Shown: positions 37,379 to 44,033 of the stretch, one piece after another
Position numbering within the stretch: the first letter of the stretch is position 1
Layout of the letters: every line of letters begins with the position of its first letter
Assembly: GCA_964590205.1 (NCBI GenBank)
Contig: CAZPVO010000006.1
Location: 1 to 44,033, forward strand
Length of the DNA: 44,033 bases
DNA from: an uncultured Candidatus Saccharibacteria bacterium
GTDB lineage: Bacteria; Patescibacteriota; Saccharimonadia; Saccharimonadales; JAGQNJ01
Reading direction: 5' to 3'
Translations under genes and position numbers: made by a program
Notes under the pieces: model-generated
Seen by the model: only the letters and a program-made list of their open reading frames with translations
The model's database searches: none
Told to the model about the DNA's origin: nothing

Positions 37379-38269
37379 CTATCGACGCTTTGGCATGCCG
37401 ATTTCGCGGCGCATCCACACATGCAACAACACTGCACACCACATGCGGTATGGTTTCCAGTTTTCGGCAATTTTTAGAACCTCATCGTAATTTGGTTCTT
37501 TGTCTAAATGATAGGCCTGAGCAATTGCGTACTTAGTGAGATCATCGTCTGCAATGCCATCAACAAGTCCGGAACCGCGGTACAAAATTGCCTGCGCATA
37601 AAAAGGACCGATGCCATTGAGACTCAGCAAATAGTCCAGTGCAGCTTCGATTTTCAAGCTTAATAGGTGCGCGCTGGTTAGTGGGCCTTCGATTGCAGCT
37701 TGGGCAACACCATGAATTCGCTCAATTTTATTTGGGTTCAAACCTTTAAAGTTAGTAATTTTCAACAGTTCATCTGGGCTTGGAAAAGCGTAAAATTCCT
37801 GGCCATCAATTGTAAACTTTTGACCATGAGCTTCAGACATTTTCTTCATTAAAACCCGTCGTTGATTAATAGAAATTCGCTGACCAATAATAAATGAACA
37901 AGCCGCTTCGTATGGTGAGTGAAAAAGTGTTGGGCGCAGGTTGTGGTATTTTTGCTGCAACTCACCGATAACTTTGTCACGCTTGCCAACTTCTAGCCAA
38001 TCGCTGTCGTCGACATTGAGCGACAAGCACCTGCGAACTTGATCGATTGCTGCGTCTTCATCTTTTGCACCATGAACTTCCGCACTCAGTTCCCCACTTT
38101 TATTTTGTGAAACAACAACCGCTGTCGATTCTTTCCAACCTTCAACCGGGAAAGCAATCACAATTGAAAATTCATCTGGCGAATCTTTAAGAACTGGCCA
38201 ACCCCCAAAAAAATCATTTTGATTCCGAAGATCAAACGGCGCGTTGTGCTTTATTTTATGAATTGCCAT
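37379..38269 (-). CDS. DNA-3-methyladenine glycosylase II (AlkA-like, HhH-GPD)
   Basis: SPYEA...IIGQRIS, AFPSP, HhH LLSLNGIGP, DDL and W.PYR.W. Confidence 0.9.
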   Translation of the reverse strand: MAIHKIKHNAPFDLRNQNDFFGGWPVLKDSPDEFSIVIAFPVEGWKESTAVVVSQNKSGELSAEVHGAKDEDAAIDQVRRCLSLNVDDSDWLEVGKRDKVIGELQQKYHNLRPTLFHSPYEAACSFIIGQRISINQRRVLMKKMSEAHGQKFTIDGQEFYAFPSPDELLKITNFKGLNPNKIERIHGVAQAAIEGPLTSAHLLSLKIEAALDYLLSLNGIGPFYAQAILYRGSGLVDGIADDDLTKYAIAQAYHLDKEPNYDEVLKIAENWKPYRMWCAVLLHVWMRREIGMPKRR

Positions 38270-39056
38270 TGTAAGCCTGAACAAGTTTTTGATGAATCTG
38301 TGGATTAACAGCAGCAATTGCACCTACTGAACTGATTTCCCATGGTCGACCATCAAGCGCAGTAATTGTACCTCCAGATTGCTGGGTCAAAAAGGCCGCC
38401 GCACACATGTCCCATGGGTGACAGCTAACATTAATAAAGCCATCCACTTTACCAATTGCTGTGTAGACAAAACTTAGTGAACTGCTGCCAGACATTGGCA
38501 TGTAGCCGTCTTCTGACAGAATCTTAAATGTAGCATCACAAATTTTTTGTTTGACCTCGGGATTAAGCTTGTTGGACGCACCAAGATCAACATCTACTAG
38601 TACGCCAAAACGTTTTTCGGTACTTACTTTTTCTACTAAACTATCGTTTTTATACACTTTGTTTTCACCAATAGACCAAAGTAAGTCACCTTGACTATGA
38701 TCGATCACACAAGACGCAACAAGCTTGCCATCCTGTGACAAAGCAATGTTGGTACAATAGTATTTTATGTCTCTTGATACGTTGGTAGTTCCGCAAATTG
38801 GATCGATAATCCAAATACGCTTGTCGCTTAATTCTGTGTCATTATGTTCTTCTTCAGCCAAAATTTCATCACCTGAAAATCGCTTTTGGATTTCGGCAAC
38901 TACTAATTTTTCAACTGCTACGTCAACCTCAGTTGCAAAATCGCCGAGGATATCTTTATGTGTTACTACTGAAGGTCTGTTACTAAAGTTTTTAACAAGA
39001 TCGATAACTTGTTTATGAATATCTTTGAAAAATTCAGCTTCTGTATTTAAATTCAT
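38256..39056 (-). CDS. Inositol monophosphatase family protein
   Basis: ATEVD, ILAEE, WIIDPICGTTN and WDMCAA. Confidence 0.9.
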   Translation of the reverse strand: MNLNTEAEFFKDIHKQVIDLVKNFSNRPSVVTHKDILGDFATEVDVAVEKLVVAEIQKRFSGDEILAEEEHNDTELSDKRIWIIDPICGTTNVSRDIKYYCTNIALSQDGKLVASCVIDHSQGDLLWSIGENKVYKNDSLVEKVSTEKRFGVLVDVDLGASNKLNPEVKQKICDATFKILSEDGYMPMSGSSSLSFVYTAIGKVDGFINVSCHPWDMCAAAFLTQQSGGTITALDGRPWEISSVGAIAAVNPQIHQKLVQAYNGNS

Positions 39057-39086
39057 ATCCGCAGTATAACAAACTTGGCTAATCCG

Positions 39087-39115
39087 TTGACTTTTACGCT
39101 TAAAACAGAGATAAT
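39087..39115 (+). promoter_or_regulatory. Sigma70-type promoter of tRNA-Lys
   Basis: TTGACT-17 nt-GATAAT, with TTTACGCTTA in the spacer. Confidence 0.7.
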
Positions 39116-39148
39116 AACCCCTGTTTTCGTGTTTTTTCTTCGCAAGAC

Positions 39149-39225
39149 GGGCCAGTAGCTCAGCTGGTTAGAGCATCGGCCTTTTAAGCCGAGTGTCCTG
39201 GGTTCGAGTCCCAGCTGGCCCTCCA
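39149..39225 (+). tRNA. tRNA-Lys (TTT)
   Basis: GGGCCAG/CTGGCCC acceptor, TCGGC-CTTTTAA-GCCGA anticodon arm, GGTTCGAGTCC, 3' CCA. Confidence 0.96.
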
Positions 39226-39230
39226 ATTTA

Positions 39231-39254
39231 AGAAGCTCCTTTCGGAGCTTTTTT
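39231..39254 (+). terminator. Rho-independent terminator after tRNA-Lys
   Basis: AAGCTCC-TTTC-GGAGCTT hairpin with a T run. Confidence 0.85.
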
Positions 39255-39269
39255 GTTATGCTTAGAGTA

Positions 39270-39779
39270 ATGGATCATAAACTGCTGGGTCAAATTTGTG
39301 GCGTTATTGCCGTAATTATTGCCATCAGCTCGTTTCAATTTGATAATCGCCGGACCATGCTAAAACTGGCGCTGCTCGCCTCAGTGTTTTATGTCATTGC
39401 GTTTGCTTCAATAGGCGCAACGACTGGTGCAATCATGAACGCAATAAATGGACTGCGTTACCTTACATTTCTTGTTTTTAGTCCAACACGTAAAAATAGT
39501 TGGCTGCTCGGACTTTTTATTGTTATTCCTGTGATCGCTACAGCAGTAACATGGCAGGGTCCAAAAAGTCTGCTGGCCATGGCTGGTACAATTCTCATTT
39601 CGATCGCTTTTTGGCAAACCGACGAGCGAATCATCAGGATTCTTTCACTTACTGCCCCGCCACTCTGGTTTATTTATGATGCAATGGTGGGGTTTTATCC
39701 TGGGATGTTTGTCGAAGTTTTTGATACTGTTTCGATTCTAGTCGGTCGATATCGTTTCGACAGAAAACCCAAAAAATAG
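39270..39779 (+). CDS. YgjV-like inner membrane protein
   Basis: Two PQ-like repeats: GQICG...SFQ..NRR..L, GA.TGA.MN...R and WFIYD. Confidence 0.8.
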   Translation: MDHKLLGQICGVIAVIIAISSFQFDNRRTMLKLALLASVFYVIAFASIGATTGAIMNAINGLRYLTFLVFSPTRKNSWLLGLFIVIPVIATAVTWQGPKSLLAMAGTILISIAFWQTDERIIRILSLTAPPLWFIYDAMVGFYPGMFVEVFDTVSILVGRYRFDRKPKK

Positions 39780-39827
39780 CCAATGATTATGCTTGCCTGT
39801 TAAAATTTTCGAGCGTAAGCTGAGAAT

Positions 39828-40460
39828 ATGCCGCTAACAACTGCAACACCTCAGCAAGTTCGAATGTTTGGGAGACCTGAACTTGAAGCAATCGCTGAAC
39901 GATATCCGCAGGAACTTGTAAATCCAGATGGCATTTTAGATGTTTTTGATGCATTTGAACCAGTTATGGGTATTGAGACACGTGATGTTCGAATAAAACC
40001 TGGTGAATCATTTGAAGATTTTGAAGCTAGATGCCTGTATTTAGGTAATGGTGTAGGTATGGAGTTTACTGGACGACGTATTGTTGTCGCCGATAGCTGT
40101 GTACTTGAAGGTATTAAGCAAACAATTTGCACTAATGTTTCTATGGGTAGGCCGGTTGGTCCACATTTTAATTTTGATGATCCTGTAAACCGAGCTGATG
40201 CCAATGAAAGAGCACGTTTAGTTGAATATGGTTTCTTGAGGCGCAATGTTGCATATTTAAGGCATAAGGTCTCTGTGCTTGAACAAGCCGAAAAACTTGA
40301 AGCAGGGCAACATTTCTTTGTTTTTGGAGTTAGATTAGGTGTAAAGATTAGGCACGAGCAACGTAAACTACAAGCCGAAGCTAACAGCGTCAAACCTGAA
40401 CCGACTCAAGAAGAAGTTGCCGCAACCATAGAAGCAGATTATCGCTGGCTCCCTCAGTAG
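39828..40460 (+). CDS. Hypothetical protein
   Basis: 210-aa ORF preceded by TTGCCT-17 nt-TAAGCT, 6 nt before the ATG. Confidence 0.65.
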   Translation: MPLTTATPQQVRMFGRPELEAIAERYPQELVNPDGILDVFDAFEPVMGIETRDVRIKPGESFEDFEARCLYLGNGVGMEFTGRRIVVADSCVLEGIKQTICTNVSMGRPVGPHFNFDDPVNRADANERARLVEYGFLRRNVAYLRHKVSVLEQAEKLEAGQHFFVFGVRLGVKIRHEQRKLQAEANSVKPEPTQEEVAATIEADYRWLPQ

Positions 40461-40482
40461 CACAACCTGATACAATACCAGC

Positions 40483-40848
40483 ATGAAGAAAAAGGGCACA
40501 ATTAGTTTAATAATCGTTGTCGTCCTAATCTTCACCAGTATTTTTCTTGTACTTCGGCACAGACATTTATGCCAATCAAGCAATAACTATTTTGACTCTC
40601 ATCCACAATCTTGTCCAAGCTGGTTTGTGGACGGCAAGTCATCTTATCAGCAAACAAGCCCGAGCCAACAACCAATAGACGATGCGGCTCAAAAAGACGG
40701 GCAGTACTTTAGAGACAAGTACCCAGATGCAAAAGACCAAGCACAGTGTTTAGAAGAATACTATGCGACATATCCAGAAAATAAGCCTGAAAACCAACAA
40801 CCAAACACTGTTTATCTGCCACCGCCCTGCCCTGGTATTCCTCAATAA
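40483..40848 (+). CDS. Hypothetical membrane-anchored protein with four Cys
   Basis: N-terminal basic and hydrophobic segment, Q/P-rich ectodomain, TGaTACAAT 6 nt before the ATG. Confidence 0.7.
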   Translation: MKKKGTISLIIVVVLIFTSIFLVLRHRHLCQSSNNYFDSHPQSCPSWFVDGKSSYQQTSPSQQPIDDAAQKDGQYFRDKYPDAKDQAQCLEEYYATYPENKPENQQPNTVYLPPPCPGIPQ

Positions 40849-40873
40849 TTTAAATCTGTAATACAATAAACTT

Positions 40874-41245
40874 ATGAAAATTACGTCAGCAAAAGACGCC
40901 TTGCATGTCAAAAAACCAGAAGGAACTGATGTACACTACTATCTCTTTAAGGACTACGAAGTTCACTATAACGAACAGGATCCTCACACCACACAAACGT
41001 GGCATCACCACGAAAAAATTTGGGAAACACTTTATATTATTGATGGCGAAATAGCTGCCAAGTGGCGTGAAAATGGCAAAGAAAAATCACAAATCGTCAA
41101 AGCCGGTGACCTTATTGAAACTGAGCGAACTCCTCACACTTTTTCAAATGACAGCGATAAGGTTGTTAGAATCTTAGTCATTAAAAGAATGCCGTCTGAT
41201 CAAGATCACAGTGAAACACTAAAGACCGATAAGGTGTTAGACTAG
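40874..41245 (+). CDS. Cupin domain protein
   Basis: WHHHEKIWETLYIIDG and GD......PH.F.N motifs. Confidence 0.88.
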   Translation: MKITSAKDALHVKKPEGTDVHYYLFKDYEVHYNEQDPHTTQTWHHHEKIWETLYIIDGEIAAKWRENGKEKSQIVKAGDLIETERTPHTFSNDSDKVVRILVIKRMPSDQDHSETLKTDKVLD

Positions 41246-41249
41246 TCCT

Positions 41250-41423
41250 ATGAAGCTTATGATTTATGTGGGTGCTGGTGTGGGCGGTCTGATCGGCGGT
41301 TACATCCCGACACTACTATGGCACGCTAATCCGTTAAGTGGCTGGAGTTTAGTTTGCGGTTTTATCGGCACACTTGTTGGAATTTATCCTGGTTATCTAA
41401 TCGGCAACTACTTTGATTCGTAA
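41250..41423 (+). CDS. 57-aa glycine-zipper membrane microprotein, not in the ORF track
   Basis: MKLMIYVGAGVGGLIGGYIPTLLWHANPLSGWSLVCGFIGTLVGIYPGYLIGNYFDS. It exactly fills the gap between neighbours. Confidence 0.75.
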   Translation: MKLMIYVGAGVGGLIGGYIPTLLWHANPLSGWSLVCGFIGTLVGIYPGYLIGNYFDS

Positions 41424-41694
41424 AGAGCACGGTTTGTGGGACAAAGTTTGGCGCGACCCAGATGGTCATATATCACTTATAGAACTTCCAAACTTGCCAC
41501 TAATTTCAGCTGGGTTTTTTATTATGCTGGGATGGTTTTTACCAAGTGGTCACTTTAAAAACTTAGCTAGTACTTTAAGTTTTGGCTTTTTATTTGTTTG
41601 GTCGTGGCTCGAGATAACAACTGGCAAAAGCTATTTTCGCCGAGTACTTGGCACGGTAGTTTTGCTTTTTATTGTTTACAACCGAGCCCGCTGA
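41413..41694 (+). CDS. Small three-TM hypothetical protein
   Basis: RD..G.I.....PN.PL and WSWLEI..G..YFRR.LG pattern. Confidence 0.7.
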   Translation: MIRKEHGLWDKVWRDPDGHISLIELPNLPLISAGFFIMLGWFLPSGHFKNLASTLSFGFLFVWSWLEITTGKSYFRRVLGTVVLLFIVYNRAR

Positions 41695-42195
41695 TTACTT
41701 TTTGCCTTTTTTGCCCTTTTTCTCACCACCTCGGTTTAATAACCATAGAGCCACTAACTGGAAGAGTATGACGAAACCAATAACTGCACCATCCGCACTG
41801 GCAATTTTACTTGTGAGCTGGTTGCCGTTAATAATATCTTGCACCGATTGTGGTAGCACGTGAATCATAAATGCCGCATACACAATACCGGTAATAATAA
41901 ACGGCAAAATATGCAGAAAAGTTTTGCCACGACTGATGCTGCCTTTTAAAAATATGGCCGTTAAAATCATCGGCAATGTCAGAACAATCGCTTCGGAATA
42001 ACCTGCCAGAACTGTGCTGTGAGAAACTGACTCAATAGCACTAAACGCATCGTGCCCAAAATATCGAGCTAACAACTCGCCCGCCATAACACTGAAAAAT
42101 AAATGCGAGGCACTTACTTTCAGGAGTAAGCCAAGTACTAAAGGTATAGCGATCAGCCCGCCTAGAATAATAAACGGCATGAAGTGCGAAAGCAT
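41695..42195 (-). CDS. Hypothetical multi-pass membrane protein
   Basis: Hydrophobic ORF with a basic tail. TGcTATGAT lies 6 nt before ATG 42195. Confidence 0.75.
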   Translation of the reverse strand: MLSHFMPFIILGGLIAIPLVLGLLLKVSASHLFFSVMAGELLARYFGHDAFSAIESVSHSTVLAGYSEAIVLTLPMILTAIFLKGSISRGKTFLHILPFIITGIVYAAFMIHVLPQSVQDIINGNQLTSKIASADGAVIGFVILFQLVALWLLNRGGEKKGKKGKK

Positions 42196-42232
42196 AAGCA
42201 CATCATAGCACGGCAAACCCTAAAAATATTGG

Positions 42233-42742
42233 CTAAAAATAGAGCTGCTGCTTGTGTTCCAGGCCAAGTTTGCTAGCCGTACCTGCGTTCACTTCAATCA
42301 CATATTGTGCATCAACCGGTGGACAATATGTTTTGGGATAAGTTTCTGGTGAAACGTTCGGTTCAACATGCACGACTTGTTTGTTCGCGTCGAGCCAGAT
42401 CATGTCGAGCGAAAACTTCATGTCTTTCATCCAAAAACATTGCGCTTGCGGAGTATCATACGGAAACACCATGGCGTGATCCTCTGGCATTGACACTCGA
42501 TTGCCTAAGCCGATCATCTTCTGAGTTCTGCTACTGGCATATTCGAGTGATAATACACATGCACCTTCTTTTTGTAATCGCACGCAATTATTACTCTCAG
42601 CTTCATAGGCATTCAGTCTAAAAAGTGCTATCACGATTAAGCAAGCAAGAAAAGTGCCGAAGAGCACCAGCAGTGTAATTTTCCAATATGGAATATCACG
42701 CTTGGATTTATTAGTTCGGGATTTTGAATTCTTTTTTGACAA
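42233..42742 (-). CDS. DUF192 domain protein
   Basis: GL..R.......MVF, FWMKDM.FSLDMIWLD and YVIEVNAG. Confidence 0.9.
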   Translation of the reverse strand: MSKKNSKSRTNKSKRDIPYWKITLLVLFGTFLACLIVIALFRLNAYEAESNNCVRLQKEGACVLSLEYASSRTQKMIGLGNRVSMPEDHAMVFPYDTPQAQCFWMKDMKFSLDMIWLDANKQVVHVEPNVSPETYPKTYCPPVDAQYVIEVNAGTASKLGLEHKQQLYF

Positions 42743-44033
42743 TTTCTACCACCTTTTGGGTTTTAGTATTTAAATCATTTTTGCCCATGGCTTTGCCAAG
42801 TTTGACTATTTTAAGTATACGCTTACCGCTTCCCACCGTAGTACCTTCACTATATCGAGAAAATATCAACAATGTGTTTTCGCCTTTAAGCTCATCGATT
42901 GAATAAGCTGGTTTTATAAACACGAGTTTATCATTTTGAATTTTGTACAAACCTGTCTTAATGCGCTCTTCAATTTTTAAATCTTCTTCCAATGGATTGT
43001 GAATAATCATATAAGAAACCGGACGCTCGTAACGACCACTGCTTGGAAGCGCGTCGAGATCTTCAACTTCGTATTGATAATTGCCGAGTTCTAGCGCATG
43101 TAGCAGCATAAATGGGATCTTACCCATATTAAGTTGCATGTCACTAATCAGGAATGAATAGCCAGTTTGGCGGGCGTTAATTTCGATAGCGTAGACTTCG
43201 TTGTCTGGCGTAATAATAAGGTCGATACCAAAAATACCTTTGTAGCCGTGACTGGCAAGTTCGGAACCGATAATTGTAGCAATCTCGTTAGCTTGGTGTT
43301 GCACGATATCAGGATATTCAACGCCCAGTTCACCACCACACCATGAAGTTGCACCAGCAAGCTTGGTGTTGCAAAGGTACTTGCTGTTGAGCAGTTGTGT
43401 CTGGACTCCACCGCTAAAAATTCCGTACTTTGTAATGCAAACTTGAATGCTCGATGCCTGACCTTGAATGAATTTTGAAACTACAATTGAGCGACCATAT
43501 GAAATTTTCTTAAGTGCTTTAACTGCGTCAACATAATCATCTTCATTCTTAACAATAAATGTGCCCTTCGAGCCAGACGATTCTTCGTCTTGCATTACAA
43601 ATTCACCAAGCTCCTCTTTAAGATCGCGGTAAGCTGCGGCTCGGTCCAATTCGTTCATATATTTTGTAACATATTCGGGCGTTCGAATAAGATCGGCGAA
43701 TTCGTCACGGAAATAACGCTTATTCTCATATGCATGAGCAATTGTTGGTGAGTTCATTAAATAGGTCAGTGGGTTTACTTTGTATGGCGGGTCAATTGGT
43801 GAGTACATAACAAACTTGCGTTTTGGATCAGTTTTAACAAAGCTGGCGAATCGTTTGGTTTTGGCGATAGCTGTAGAAGCGCCACTATTTGAAATATTCA
43901 ATGAAGTGTAAGGAATACCGAGTTCGTCGAGCCAGGGATTTTTTTCATCAGTTACGAACAAAAAATCTTCAAAAAGTCGGCTGTAAAGCAAAAAGAATAG
44001 CTGGTCGCGGTAAACCGAACCAAGAGAAAGTTT
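42711..44033 (-). CDS. ATP-grasp domain protein (5' end beyond the window)
   Basis: SSGSKGTF, SKFIQG, GYKGIFGIDLI and IEINAR. The frame stays open to position 44033. Confidence 0.85.
   Translation of the reverse strand, partial: KLSLGSVYRDQLFFLLYSRLFEDFLFVTDEKNPWLDELGIPYTSLNISNSGASTAIAKTKRFASFVKTDPKRKFVMYSPIDPPYKVNPLTYLMNSPTIAHAYENKRYFRDEFADLIRTPEYVTKYMNELDRAAAYRDLKEELGEFVMQDEESSGSKGTFIVKNEDDYVDAVKALKKISYGRSIVVSKFIQGQASSIQVCITKYGIFSGGVQTQLLNSKYLCNTKLAGATSWCGGELGVEYPDIVQHQANEIATIIGSELASHGYKGIFGIDLIITPDNEVYAIEINARQTGYSFLISDMQLNMGKIPFMLLHALELGNYQYEVEDLDALPSSGRYERPVSYMIIHNPLEEDLKIEERIKTGLYKIQNDKLVFIKPAYSIDELKGENTLLIFSRYSEGTTVGSGKRILKIVKLGKAMGKNDLNTKTQKVVEIVKKEFKIPN

Noticed and set aside
37329-37442. 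N-terminal extension of the ABC transporter overlapping the AlkA-like gene
   Set aside because: An ORF-caller extension. ATG 37328 has a -10 box 7 nt upstream and removes the overlap.
39851-40393. 180-aa antisense ORF, representative of the many shadow ORFs in the track
   Set aside because: These lie opposite better-supported genes and have no recognisable motifs or start signals.
39256-42200. Additional TTATGCTT-like matches at 39256, 39787, 39812 and 42190
   Set aside because: Most coincide with -10 or -35 boxes or start codons, so they were not counted as independent motif copies.
1-44033. CRISPR array, transposon, prophage or reverse-transcriptase system
   Set aside because: No regularly spaced repeats and no transposase, integrase, phage or RT motifs were seen.

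Overview
A gene-dense bacterial chromosomal window using genetic code 11 (TGA is a stop). It is most likely from Candidatus Saccharibacteria (TM7) or a related Patescibacteria/CPR lineage. This is inferred from a half-length TsaB, a ComEC without a metallo-beta-lactamase domain, a type IV pilus cluster without PilQ, lamin-tail and CSLREA surface proteins, and very tight gene packing. The core is a type IV pilus cluster (pilB, pilC, major pilin, two minor pilins, PilX-like, pilM, pilN, pilO-like and a short membrane protein). It is flanked by recA-NUDIX-recX on one side and comEC-yebC-ruvC-X-ruvA-X-ruvB on the other. Also present are rny, tsaE/tsaB, three tRNAs (Gly-TCC, Pro-TGG, Lys-TTT), a P1B-type ATPase, an ABC exporter, an AlkA-like glycosylase, an inositol monophosphatase family gene and an ATP-grasp enzyme cut by the window end. 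No integrase, transposase or CRISPR array was seen. The most unusual observations are: (1) a CSLREA surface protein whose predicted last beta-strand and LANTG anchor sit on a separate, translationally coupled protein with its own signal peptide; (2) a membrane-anchored Clp/Hsp100-like ATPase that has lost both pore-loop tyrosines and the D1 arginine fingers, coupled to a small membrane protein; (3) an ABC1/UbiB kinase between two similar two-helix microproteins; (4) a CTTAYGCTTA motif upstream of three pilus genes; (5) an apparent tRNA-Gly(CCC) 5'-half remnant; (6) many genes with leaderless-type promoters. All assignments come from reading motifs by eye; no searches were run.
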